From: Camelus ferus
Taxonomy: Eukaryota
Direction of reading: 5' to 3'
Assembly: GCF_009834535.1 (NCBI RefSeq)
Contig: NC_045696.1
Location: forward strand, 49,230,001-49,294,000
DNA length: 64,000 nt
This document shows, piece by piece, positions 14,339 to 26,459 of this stretch. Each line of letters starts with the position of its first letter. The stretch's first letter is position 1. The notes below the pieces were generated by a model. That model saw only the letters and a program-made list of their open reading frames with translations. It was not told the origin of the DNA and ran no database searches. Position numbers and translations under genes: made by a program.

Positions 14339-14854
14339 CAGGATCAACTACATCATTTGGGAGGCACAGCGCAAAGTGAAAATGCAGGGCTTGTTTAAAA
14401 ATTTTAAATATTAAGATGGTGATACCAGGTTCCTAGATGAGTGTGAATGAGATGTGTCCTCCAGCCACCTGCCAGGTCCATGATGCAGAGGGCATGCACT
14501 CCTGACCCCAAACTTCCCTGTACCAGCGCTCAGGCCCCTGCCACAGCAGAAGGCAGCAGCAGTCACTGGACAGGGGCAGGGAGAGGGGCAGGGGTGCTTG
14601 GGACACCAGGTCGGGGAGTGGCAGCCAAGAATCATATCAAAGATAAGCAGCAAGAGATAGGACACCCTTGGGCTGAGGCTCCAAGTCCCTGAAACACGCC
14701 TCATTGTCCCATTAGCCCACTTACAAAACACAAATTCACAATAAAATGATTAAGAAATCTAAGATGGCAACCACGGAACATTGATCCCCAAAGTGGGAAC
14801 CTTCTAAGCATAAGGCACAGTGTGACTGGTCACTCGTCCATGAATCAGGCCCCG
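14339..14854 (-). mobile_element. MER45-family hAT (Tip100-type) DNA transposon
   Basis: Ends caggatcaactacatcatttg...gtgaaaatgcagggc and ...catgaatcaggccccg. 8-bp TSD cattggac (14331-38) / ctttggac (14855-62). Confidence 0.85.
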
Positions 14855-15464
14855 CTTTGGACTTTGACCAGTGTGTACTGTCTGCATCAACTGGGCATGT
14901 GGGAGCACCCTAGAATCATGCAGAATATGACAGGGGAACGAATTTGCCACAGGTAACTTGTAATTTGGATAACATGACATATGACATGAGATAAGAATTG
15001 ATAGTTGAGATTTCAGTAAAGTTATTAACTAATGACTTCTTACTATTGTGGAACTAGGCTGTGAGGATGGAGGAGGATGGCTAAGAAGGAGTCATTGTTT
15101 ACTGGGGTTGAAAGATACAGACACTGGGGACTATAAAACAGACAGGCCATGATGTGTGCCATAATGGACATATAAACAAGAACAATGGGAAAAGTAGGAG
15201 GAAATTAACTTTGATGGATAGTGTGGAAAAGCCTTGGAGGGGGAAAAAAAGACTTTAGTCAGGCCAAGATGGGTAGTATTTCAAGTGCCAGAGGCTAAGT
15301 GGCACAGCTTCCAGACCAAAAGGACAGCAGAAGCAAAGACAGCGAAGGGGAGAACATGTTGATAGATATGCCTACATGCTGGGACTTTCAGACATTCCTT
15401 TATATTTATTGAACATCTATTTTTCCAGGCACTGAGTAGAAGCAGAGGGTATAAATATATAGGG

Positions 15465-15665
15465 TTAGGAATCAGACAAAGCATCTACCACTTACCAGCT
15501 GTGTGACTGGAGACATTTTAATTAACCACTCTGAGCCTCAGTTTTAGTCAGCTGTAAAATAAAGACATTGGTTTAACAGAATTATTATAAAGGTTAAATG
15601 AGATAATGTTTGTAAAATACTCCAACCAGTACCCTCAATCTAGAGGAGAGAAGCAAATAAACAAA
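15465..15665 (+). mobile_element. MIR SINE
   Basis: ccacttaccagctgtgtgact...ctctgagcctcagtttt...ctgtaaaat...ttaaatgagataat. Confidence 0.8.
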
Positions 15666-16270
15666 TAATCGTGGTAATACAAACTGTGAAAGCACAGAAA
15701 GGGGAACGGCTCTCTCTGCCCGAGGGTTTTGTGCTATGCTTCCTGAAAGAGATGATATTTGAACTTGAGGCTGAAGGGTAAGTATGTGTTTATAAGCCAA
15801 AGGGAAGCTGAGAGAGATTCTTCTTAGGGGTGAGGTCTGAAAACGATAAGTCCCCTTTATGATCTGTATGGGGTCGGGGGAGAGGGGGTGGCAGCAGGAA
15901 GAGAAAGCGGACCACGTATACATCCGTAGGTAAAAACAAAAGATAACTTTTCATTACCACCCCAAACCACTTTCTGTGTGGAGTGCTCCCTCAAGTAAGA
16001 TGTAATCCAGTTTGCACGAGAGTGCCTGGAGCAGATGTTCTGTGTATTTTCTTCCTTCTACAAGAAGTCTGGAGCCAGAAGGGAGGCACACTCTCAAGAA
16101 ATTTAGTTGCTTTTCCCATCCTCATGTGGAGCATTTTGCTTAGTTGGCAGACATTTAACAAGATTTGATTGGCTCTTTTAAAAATAGGAGTCTTAGTGGT
16201 CCTGATTGATCTGTTTTATCATGTGCTTGGTGCTTTAAAGTACAAGTCTTTTTCTGTCTTCTCCCTCCAG

Positions 16271-16333
16271 ACTGAACACTTGCCTCTGCAGACTCAGTTC
16301 AAAGAAAGAGAGGTTGGCAGTCTCCAGCACTCT
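16271..16333 (+). CDS. NECTIN3: Nectin-3 beta-type isoform, penultimate coding exon (cytoplasmic tail), 63 nt, phase 0/0
   Basis: Strong polypyrimidine acceptor (tctttttctgtcttctccctccAG) and GTAAGT donor at 16334. Translates TEHLPLQTQFKEREVGSLQHS, which I recognise as the nectin-3 beta tail segment. Splices in frame to 17145. Confidence 0.93.
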
Positions 16334-17144
16334 GTAAGTAACACAGACCTCGGGTGGAATCTGCCCACGCCCAGCCGGTGGCCACCATGTTTATTCAAAT
16401 ACCATTTTATTTCCATGAAATTTCATTTTACTCACCTCTACTATCTGAGCATCTGTAGTGTGATTTTGTAAAGTCCTTGAGCTTGCTTATTCCTCTTAGA
16501 AGTAATCAAGTTTATAAAACCAATAATCTGACAGAGGGTCAGAGACACCATAGGGCATTGGGGTGGGGAGGTTCATTTTATGCTGTCACCTGGGACCCAA
16601 AGTCAAGTAAGGAAGAAAGGTCAAGACAGGAGGCTATTTTTGACAGCATTTCTTATTTTCACCCGCATTGGACATATGGTCAAATACCAGATCATTTCTC
16701 TCTGTCTCCTCCCTAATTCTCCAGTGCTGAATCCTGTGGCTCCCTTTGGTTTTGTTTGGGTTGTTTGATTTAATACTCTGTATTACCCCATGCATGGACT
16801 CCAAGCTTGAGCCTTGCTGAGACTCCTGAGGTTCACAACCTTGTTCTTCTTCAGTTTACCTTAACTGATCCCAATTCCAAATTCCAAAACTTGAAACTGA
16901 CTACAGTCCCCATTAGTCACCATTTTTTATTTAGGAGATGTCACCACTCTTTTTCAGGGATCGTAAGCAACAAATGACTGGAAAATGGTAAGTTGTTGAA
17001 CTTTACCTTGCCATTCAACAGTGTGTGAAATAACGAATCAGGGACACAGACTGTAACGTATTCTGTTTCTGCCTGTTTTTACCCAAGAGCTAGGAAAAAT
17101 GCAAATAGCTGCTCTGCTAATGTAAGCAATGTTTGAATTTTTAG
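16334..17144 (+). other. NECTIN3: Last intron of the NECTIN3 beta isoform (GT-AG, 811 nt)
   Basis: GTAAGT...TTTTAG boundaries join the two exons in frame. Confidence 0.9.
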
Positions 17145-17324
17145 AATGGACTGAATAGCAGGAGATTTGACTATGAAGATGAGAATCCAGCGGGGGCAGA
17201 TGGGATTCAGCAGATGTACCCCCTCTACGATCAGATGTGCTACCAAGACCAGAGCCCTGGCAAGCATCATCCAAACCATGACCCGGAGAGGGTCTATATC
17301 AACCCGCGGGAACACTACGTGTGA
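17145..17324 (+). CDS. NECTIN3: Nectin-3 beta-type isoform, terminal coding exon ending in the afadin PDZ-binding motif EHYV
   Basis: Acceptor gaatttttAG with branch-like ctaat about 25 nt upstream. Translates NGLNSRRFDYEDENPAGADGIQQMYPLYDQMCYQDQSPGKHHPNHDPERVYINPREHYV*, with TGA at 17322-17324. The end YINPREHYV matches the nectin-3 beta C-terminus and the nectin E/A-X-Y-V motif. Confidence 0.95.
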   Translation, partial: NGLNSRRFDYEDENPAGADGIQQMYPLYDQMCYQDQSPGKHHPNHDPERVYINPREHYV

Positions 17325-18125
17325 CTATCCTCTTTTTCCAATGGGTGTTCTAACAAATGTTTATTCTTAGACTGGGGAGAGAAACTGAGGCCAGTAGGTA
17401 TGATTTTATTCTCATATAAAGCAGACCTGGTCTAAGTGTATCAGAAGTGGTGATAAATGGCTTGGAGCCAACAGCGGATTCCTTCCCTCCATTAAGAATT
17501 TTTTAACCACCAGCTGTGTTTGTGAACTTGACTCTAGCTTTGTGTGTTTTTGTGATGATGGTGTTTAACTACTAACATTTGGCCTACAATGGCACGTTCA
17601 TTTAAAAGCAGAGCATCTGCCTGGGATGACAGCCGTGATTCTCCAGACAGAAAGGCCCCAGCTGGGAATATTAACCTTGCTGGGTCTCAGGCAGTCCAGC
17701 CTGTTCATCTATAACTCAAACAGGCAGAAAAAGGAGCTCAAAATCCATCTCACTGATTATTTAGTTGGGATTTGGCTTTCCCTGGCATGCTTAATATAAT
17801 TACAATACCTGCTTACAAACAAGAGGCTGGAAGAAAGAGGCAAAATTTGCCGTTTATCCCCAAAATAACAACCAAATGCAGTATAAACCTTCAAGCCTGT
17901 TGGTTGCTTTTAGACTCTTGGGCTATTGTAATATGTGTTCCTTCGTGATCACTGTCGTCCCGAGGGATGCATATTTCTTGCTGTTGTCTGCCTGGTCTTG
18001 ATTAGCTGTGTACAAACCAAGGTTCTTCTCTCACTTGGTCATTGTTCCCACAGTTCTGCTCTTTACAGGCCAGACTAGCCTAGTTCCCACCTATTAAATT
18101 CTAAAAGCCCTGTCTAAATGGTGGA
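17325..18125 (+). other. NECTIN3: Probable 3' UTR of the NECTIN3 beta isoform
   Basis: Follows the stop codon and is largely repeat-free. The end is inferred from ATTAAA at 18093. Confidence 0.55.
18093..18098 (+). terminator. Candidate polyadenylation signal ATTAAA
   Basis: ATTAAA followed by a T/GT-rich downstream element (ttttctgtggtgttgtatgtg, about 18147-18167). Confidence 0.5.
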
Positions 18126-18350
18126 CAGCCTTGAGCCTTTTCCCTCTTTTCTGTGGTGTTGTATGTGACAGGCTCGGCTTTCACTACTGAAATTTCTTTC
18201 AAACTAATCCTATCCACCCAGGTTTCAGCTACCCTCTGCATTCTTCAGACTACTTGCTGTCCATGTTTTATCTACCTCAGATAAAAAGCCTGCTGGAAAA
18301 TCACCATGAAATAACTCATGCTCTTAAAGCCAAGTAGAAAGTCTGAAAAG

Positions 18351-18352
<2 letters not shown>

Positions 18353-18384
<32 letters not shown>
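18353..18384 (+). repeat. Poly(A) tract, 32 A
   Basis: Direct count. Confidence 0.95.
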
Positions 18385-18386
<2 letters not shown>

Positions 18387-20629
18387 CTACCTTAATATGG
18401 CATATGTGCTAATCATGTGATCCTTGATCCCTCCCCCCCTACTTTCCCTGGTAAACAATTAGAGTGAAGAGATGCTAAAGTGCAAATAATACAATTGACT
18501 GACTTACCAGTGTATCCTGCAACACCTTGGTGCCTGCCAATATCTGTCGGGAGTTTTCTCACTTCCCTTTGCCAACTTTTCCTTGCTGAGCTTGAAGGTA
18601 GCAATTATAGTGGTGAGAGCAGAGGAGCGAGCACAGGTACACGTGCAGGTGTCAATCACCCTCCCGCACATCTTAAGGAAAGCATTGCTTTACTCTGTGC
18701 TCTGGGAGATTATAGGTCTGTCACAGATGTAAAAAACACTGCAGACTTGTCATATATTAGGGGAAAGTGACATAAAGCACTAAAATAAAATAGTACACAT
18801 TTCCAGCTTAAGCTTCAAGGGGATAGAATATTAACATAGATTTCTCATAGGATACCAAAGAAATGTTTTGATTCATGTTGTGCTGCCTCTATTTCTTGCT
18901 TGTATGTTTGTTTCCTTTTTTTTAGGTGCCATGCTTTGTCAGACAAACTATCCAGGTTGTTCTGCAGTGGTAATTCCACCCCCCTTCAATTACCTGGGTG
19001 GCCAACAGTTCTGTAAAAGATGATGGTTATATGGCATCAAAGGGTAAATTCCAGGCACCATCATTGCTGTATCACTGTGCTACCTCAGAGTTAGTTTACT
19101 GCCCTTGCTAGCAAGCTAACACAGAAAGAGGACATCTGACTTTATTACTTATAATCCCATCAGTGAGTTAACGTAACTGAAGGTGCAGAGATTCTTGCAA
19201 TTGTTTTCCAATAGAAAGATAACTCCAGTCGGAGCTCTCCTTGATAAGGAGGTGTTTTATAAATACTGGCTGTTACAGAGGAGGAGATACTGTGGTGCAT
19301 TGCCTCCTTTAGTGAGCTTTAAAAATGTCTTACACCTTGATGATGGTTTCTAGGGTCCTGCTGGGAAGCAGGTTGTTGAATTAGTGTCAGAAAAGTGTAC
19401 CCTGGACCTAGGGGAGATAGAGATCATTTGCACTAGGGAAAGAGATTTGGAAGAACTGAATTTCAGAGCCCTTTGACCTGTCTTTCACCCTCCCTACCAA
19501 GAACCCACTATTGCATTTTTTTTTTCACATTCTCAGTGTAGTTCTAGAAAAGAAATCTCAGGATATAGACACCTCTCTCAAAAGCCAGCCAGTTCAATAT
19601 CCTCTTTGCCTTTCTGTCAGCTATGCTATTTCTTGAACAAACTGGTAGATTTTATAGCTGTTGGCCCCTCTACTTGGGTCACAGAAGCTATATAATTGGT
19701 GATCCTGGTGCCTCCCATCTGTTCTCTCTAAATACTGAGTGGAATAGAAAGGAGCTTTAAAAGGGTTTGATCAACCAGCCCCCTCAACCAAAAAATACCA
19801 TCCAAAATTAACCTGATGAGCTCTAAATTTGGAGCCTAGACTACTTGACGATGGCCATTTAAATTTGGAATAGACTCTTAAAGGTCAGTGAGTGAGGCTT
19901 AAGGATGTAAGCCTCAGCTGATACTAGATACTCTCCCCATAACTGGTTTGCTAAAACACACTGAAACAGAAATAAATCCCCAGAGTGCTTATCCACTTAT
20001 GGTTGCAGCTTTGCGTTTCAAGGGGAAGTGTGCAGACCCCATCCTAAACACCGGCCTTGGCTGCCTGTTTTGTAGGCAGCCCAAGCTCCGGGAATGTGCA
20101 TTATAGCTGCAGTAGCCGATCGCCAGGTTCTTTGCACAGCACACTGAAATAGAGCATCTGCACCATTTAGGATTACTCTGACATAATGGGATAGGAATTT
20201 AGATTAATTCTTAAATGGCAGTGATTTATTGCCTCTTCTGTGAGGGTCCCCCTATCCCGGGCTTTCTTATATGTTCTAAAATTGGAGAAGTCCATGCTCT
20301 TTGAGGCATGCACTATAAAATTCTTACCTGTGCTAGGCTTCCCGGTAACATGCACTTAGTAAATACTAAAGAAATGTGCTGTAAACTAAATGAACTGGTC
20401 CCCTCATTAATTTTATGGCCTTGTTTACTCATAGAGATAGTACAGTTTCTTCATCCATCTTTTGGGAATGCTTTCCTAGTTCCTCTTTCACAACAGTCTA
20501 AAGCTCACTATGTTTTTCATTGTGTAGTTTTCCCTGCAGTGTACTCGTCTCCTACTGCTATTCTTTATTTGCAACAGAACCTTTCTTCAAGCCTCTTGTT
20601 TCCTGGGGCATAGAAGATACATCATTATA

Positions 20630-20835
20630 CCAAAAATCAGAGAACAGGTTCTAGTCCCAGCTTCACCCCTTTCTAGCCATGGAAACTTAGGCAAGTCCTC
20701 TAATCTGTCTAGGGCATCAGTTGCCCCTGTTCCTAAAGCAGAGATTATAATACCTTCCCTGTCAGCCTCTCAGAAATGGGGGAAGAGTTAAACACAGTAA
20801 TGATGCATGGGAAATTGTTAAGTTCTCTTCACATG
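20630..20835 (+). mobile_element. MIR SINE
   Basis: ggttctagtcccagcttc...ttaggcaagtcctctaatctgtctagggcatcagtt. Confidence 0.65.
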
Positions 20836-23473
20836 AAGATGCCCAAGACTCTACCATTGCTGCGTGTTCAACCTGAGCTCCCAGCACCCTTGCCAGCATT
20901 TAGAGTACCATAGTGTCCTCAGGGAGAACCAAGTGCCAGATGAAAATTTGAGTTCAACCTGATTTGAGTACAGCCAAGTGAAAGCGGTAGACATCTCTTT
21001 TACTGTAACAAGCATCTGTCACATGGAGAGCTTCATATCTGGATTTTAGCCTTTTAAACTCTGCTGACCAGTTGTTGCTCTTGATTTACCGGTTACTACT
21101 GAGAACAGCTACCATTACTGAGGGTGTAGTATGCGCTGGATTCCAGGGCAAGCACCTTACCTGAATCATTTCACTGATTAGACCCAAACTTCTGTTTTGT
21201 CCCCTTGCGAGGAGCCCCTGTGGGAACAGAACGGCTCCTACTCTGCACACCCCCAGATCATACCACTCAGCAGTTTGCTGTTACTTCTTCCAAGTCTGCT
21301 CTGGGGGAGTGGTGTACGGGAAGAGGCTTTCCTGACTTCGTTTTTAAGCAGAGGTCTAAGGGGGTACATGGAAGAAAACCATAAGAGATGTTTACTGAGA
21401 GGAAAGCAATTGTATATGCTCACCTTTACTTACTTTTTGAACTTTTCAAAATACTCAGAAAGAGTCCCATATCTATTAGATTAACCATTTCTGCAAAAAT
21501 AACCAACCATATAATGAAAGCCGCTCCATCCCAGTTGGTTCAGCCTTAGTGGGCACAAACTAACACCTCTTCCTCAATTTAGCAGTTTGATGTCCTCATT
21601 GCCTTTTTGAGTTTGTTTCACCTTTCTTGAACTCCCAGGCGTGGTAGCACTCTTACAGCGGACAGCTGGAAAGCAAGCTGGCTTTGGTAGGAAGCCAGAA
21701 GAGCAGGAAGGGCGTGAAGCGGAAATGTCAGGGCCCCACCCAGGCTTCTTCCTTGTGCTTCTGTTGTTCCCATGCTCACCTGACAAGGCCCTTGGGCCAT
21801 TTGCAGACTTTCTAGGAGGACCACGGACTTCCAGTTCTTCCATTAAACTAGAAACTGCTGTCTGCAAGCCTACTCAACTGTGAACTACACCTGAATTAAT
21901 CATATTGCCCCTAAAAGTTTTCTGTGTTTCCTCCATTAAAGAAAACTGTTGTAAGCTGGACTTGGCCAGTCTGGTCACTTACAGTTACTAGGTAAGAGTG
22001 GGCGAGAGCCGTAGGCCTCCTCCCCGCAGTCTCACCAGGTGGTGTATTACACTGAAATCAGATTTTAAGCCAATTGCTGCGTCATTCGTGTATATAAACA
22101 AGCGGGTACCAGAACGGGCATTCTGTAATAATAGTCTGTCATATAAGATTGAAGAAGTCCTCAGTCTATTCTTTTAGAGAAGCCAACGGTATCTTATGCA
22201 AAAGGGTTATTAGACGTGAATCCAGTCATATTCCAGCAGATTCAGTGCCAGACAGCCTGATTCCATTTAACTTCTAGACACAGGACAGGTTAATAATCTA
22301 GGCATCATGGGGCTAGTGGGCTTACTAGAGCTGTATGCCCTGTTCCTGGAAGGGATGGAGTGCCCTACAGTACCGGGGCCAATGCACATACCTTTAACAC
22401 CACTAATTTGACTGATTCAAAACTAATCACTTATTAACGAAGTCTCTGGTGCTGAGCTCTTGTGGTGATAGCATCTGAAGTGACTCTGAAGTGAGTTTTT
22501 CAGATACTAACAAACTGTGGAAGGTGTAGTCCCAAAGAGGAAACTTCACGTGTTAACTAAACACTCCTAGGGTGTATATTAAGACCAACTAACATATGCC
22601 AAAATAATTGAAATTACGCTCCATGTAACAAAATGTGTTAAGGATTCCTTGTGTTATCACACCCTCGCACTGGGGTACGGTCTGTTCACCGCTCTGATGT
22701 CAGCCACCTGCTGAATAGTCTCACTGACATTTCTCCTTAGTGGCAGCCTTTCCCTTCTTACGGGTGGAGGTGTGTTTGTGTGATAGAGAAAGACAGACAG
22801 ACAGAGGAGAGAGAAGCCTACTTAAAATTCACAGTTGAAAAAAAATTTTTTGCAATTCACACATACAGGAGAACGCTCACATCTACAAACGTTCCGCTAT
22901 TTCAGACCCATTTTATTATATTTGCTTTAGCATTATCTCTGCAAAAAGGTTAGTGGTGGGAACAGAAGCCATATTTACCTTAACAGCTGAAATATGTAAA
23001 ATATTAGGTTTATTTCTAATGTATTTCCATTATTAGGTTAGTTATTATCTATTCACCTTTCAGTTTGATTGTGGAAGTTTGCAGCCAAGTAGACTAGAAT
23101 AAAAGAGAATGTCAAAAATTCGGATGACACTAAACATCTTTTTATCAAACGTTATCAATTGAGAGCATGATGTAGAAGTTCCTTGTATATCTCAGGGAGA
23201 AGGGAAACCACCATTGGCAAATAAAAGGATTCTCCATTCCATTGGTTGGGAATAAATGCCTTCCACTGATCCATTCCCCAGAATATTCTAATCAGTGTTT
23301 GGGGGCTAAGGCCATGATATATATCAAATTGCATACCTCCCGAAACCAAAAAGTTCTAGTTACATCCAATGTCTGTTACCTTTAGCTTGAGGTGTAGGGA
23401 TAAATGCCTGAGTTTGAGGCGGAAAAGGTGTTGTGAGTATTTATGGAAAACAGCAACATCTCTGTGACTCTTT

Positions 23474-23615
23474 CTGACCAATAAGTGGTGAGAAGCATTT
23501 TGCAAATGTCCTGTACTATATAAATGCACGGTGAATAATCTGGAGGGTCCTCGGGTAGAAATGTGCTCTTGTGTAGCTCAGTTCAGAATACTAATCCACC
23601 TACTGTTTTCAGAAG
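23474..23615 (+). repeat. Direct repeat B, copy 1 (partner 25192-25333)
   Basis: ctgaccaataagtggtgagaagcattttgcaaatgtcctgtactatataaatgc... is repeated 1718 bp downstream. Confidence 0.95.
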
Positions 23616-25054
23616 GCAGCACCGTGTCCTCTAAAGTGCCCCCATCCTAGAACTGTGTTGTTTACAGTTGCCCCTTGCACAAGATTTACACAGGGAGCAT
23701 GTCATTTGGACCCAAGGAGATAGACTAATGGAATTGAAAATTTTTACCCCATCTGGAGGTGGGAGACTGAACAGTCCCCTTCATGAGATTTTTCCTAGCT
23801 TTACCATTTAAAGTTCTTATGATCAGGTTTCCTGCGGCTCACTAGGACCCTCGGTATCATGGCCTAAACCAGTTGTGTTTATTATCATGGCATGGGACCG
23901 AGCTGTGAAAGTCGATTAGAGGAGACCTGGAGGGAAAGCACCCCTGGGAATCCAGAACATCAGATTTGCTACGCTGGCTTAGAACTGTGGCCTATCCTGT
24001 TACAAATATGTCTGACAGCCATGAAGGAGTGTTTTATGTGTCTCCTGCAGAGGTTAGGAATGTACTTCAAACATTTATAATGTCCCTTAATAACTCACAG
24101 TGGGTCTATAAAGCCCAAAGTTCCACATGATTTCCCAAACGCATGGGCACCATTGTTTTGGTTTTCATTATTCTTGCCAAAAATGACCAGCTTTTTTTTT
24201 TTTAATCCACCCTAACACATTGATCAGGCTAAGTTAAATTCTTCTCACAAGCCATGCTGAAGGCTCGGCATTATCATATTTAACTACAGACAGCAGTGTT
24301 TTGTCCTAAATGCGTTAGTTTGCACTTGCCCACACTGTGGCTGTAATGCCTCTGTTTTTTCACATGGTCTTATGAGAACTTGTTGCTATATTCCCTTCAA
24401 ACGAGCATTTCAATACCCAGAAGAGCATTTGTCATCTTAGGTTTCACTGTGTACTTGAAATTCCAAGTCCTTTGTGAAAAAATGTTAAGTAGCTGGTGTT
24501 GCTACTGGATCTGAGGATTATTCCACTTGTCCATCCAGAAAAGTTCCTGTTTATCCTCTCCCTTCTGTTTCTATTTCTAAGCCAGTGCTTTAAGGCGTAA
24601 CATCTGCTCCAGCCTGTTCACTCTCCATGTGGTCTTAACCTCTTCACTTCCTTACTTCTCGGGTTCCCCCCTGTAAGCTGGTACTTTCCACCTCACAGGG
24701 GTTCTATGGAGAGGGAAAATAAGACGTTTAAGGGTTGTCTTCAAGAGAGGTCCTACTTTTAAAGTGATTTTATAAAAGCCCCTTGGCTTAGAAATGAGAA
24801 ACTCTATAGCTATTATTTTTTCCTATTCCTATTTTGCTATTTTTATTTCTGAAATGTGATCTCTATCAGAATAGAGTCTTTACTTTGGTTTTAGCTTTTT
24901 TCTCATTAACCCTTTTAATACTAAAATTGTACTGTCTACCTTATCCACGCTCTGAACTTTTTCCCTATAGAGCCAGAATTGATTCTCCCACGACAAATCC
25001 CGCGTGCTCTGACTTCCATCATTGAACAAATTCATGTCTTCCAAAAAGAAGCTT

Positions 25055-25245
25055 CTGGCTCTGGACATAAGAAGTCAGAAGCCAAATGAGGTCTCACTTT
25101 GGCCCTGGCAAGCTCTCACCGTGTGCCTTGGTTCTCCCTGTGTAAACTGAGGTTAATTCTGCTATTTCACAGCACCTGGGTGTCGTGAGTCCTGACCAAT
25201 GAGTGGTGAAAAGCATTTTGCGAATGTCCTGTACTATATAAATGC
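25055..25245 (+). mobile_element. Degenerate MIR SINE whose tail overlaps repeat B copy 2
   Basis: ctggacataagaagtcagaag...gtgccttggttctccctgtgtaaactgagg...gaaaagcattttg...tatataaatg. Confidence 0.55.
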
Positions 25246-25333
25246 ATAGGAAATAATCTGAAGAATCCTCAAGTAGAAATGTGTTCTTGTATAGCTCAAT
25301 TCAGAATGCTTATCCACCAGTTGTTTTCAAAAG
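25192..25333 (+). repeat. Direct repeat B, copy 2
   Basis: About 21 mismatches in 142 bp against copy 1 (manual count), with no gaps seen. Confidence 0.95.
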
Positions 25334-26459
25334 AAACATTTTACTAACTTGTTCTTTTTTTAAGTGAAAATTAGTTTCTAGTCATTTGACCTATTTTTAT
25401 TTTTCTGTATAAGAGGTGATCAGTAGCATATATTCCTGCTTTTCAGAAAATAGCCAAGTTGTGTTTTAAGTGTTAAAACTGAAAGGGTTACATAACAATG
25501 TAGTGGGGTAAGGAGGAGGAGGGTTCTAGCTCAAATGTAGCAAGATAGAGAAATATGAAGATTAGCTTTGATTCTGAAATTGTGTTATAAATAGTAGATG
25601 TCAATGTGGTTGTTTTTAGATACTCTTTATTTTTAAGTCATCAGAAATTGTCTTTTATTTTTGTAGTTTTGAACTATATGATTCTTGACAAGTTTTGAAT
25701 AAAGTTTTTATCAACTAAAGGTTTTCATTTTCATTGTTGTCAGTAAATCAAATATTAAAATACATATAAAAATTAATAACTTAATTATATGACTATAAAA
25801 TTCAAGATTTAAAGAACACCTTTTATAGAAAGTGTAAGTTTCTATACTGGAGTCCTTTGTAAAAAGTGATTTTAAAAATAGTAACAGAAGTACTTTTAAA
25901 TTTCAAGCCGTATTGGAAATTTTTTAAATGTATAAAACATTTTTATTATTTAAATTTCAGAACAAGTATCACATTCAGAATAAGAACCACACACTAGTTA
26001 AGTATTATAAAACCCACCCTAAGAATGGATGGCCACAGTTCAGTCTAAATATTTTCTAAATGTTCTTTGAAGACAAAGTTGAATTTATAATACTCATTAT
26101 ATAATTCATTAACCTGCTCAAGATCACAAATGCACTAAATTCTACTTTAATAATATATCATTCAGTTACCAAAAGGGCATAATATTATAGTGTAATGCAA
26201 ATTGGAAATGGAGAAAAATGTAAGAACTCTTCAGATAAGTCTTTTTACCTCATAGCCAATAGTTTCAATCTCCTCCCAACAAAATCTTTTCCCAGAAATA
26301 CCAATACAAAATTAAGGATCTTAGAGTTTCCTTACCTTGGTGGTGGGGCAAGTATCAAAAGTTGGCATCTGTAGTGGATCCCTGTATCTTATTTCAGGGA
26401 TGGATGCTTTACTGGTATGTGAAATCTCAAAATCAGGGAGCCACTTTAAAACAAAAACA

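Larger units (their letters stand above)
1..16270 (+). other. NECTIN3: Inferred long NECTIN3 intron (upstream exons lie outside the window)
   Basis: No Ig-domain, transmembrane or juxtamembrane nectin exon was recognised in this interval, and the exon at 16271 needs an upstream donor. Confidence 0.75.

Noticed and set aside
16169..16270. Signal-peptide-like start of the 100-aa ORF 16169-16471
   Set aside because: TTG start, and the hydrophobicity comes from the intronic T-rich and polypyrimidine sequence before the true exon.
17167..17370. 67-aa ORF MTMKMRIQ... from the track
   Set aside because: Wrong frame; the real coding frame is the spliced NECTIN3 exon 17145-17324.
10904..25333. Direct repeats A and B as CRISPR-like arrays or LTR pairs
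   Set aside because: Only two copies each, no regular spacers, no TG...CA ends or primer-binding site seen, and the context is eukaryotic.
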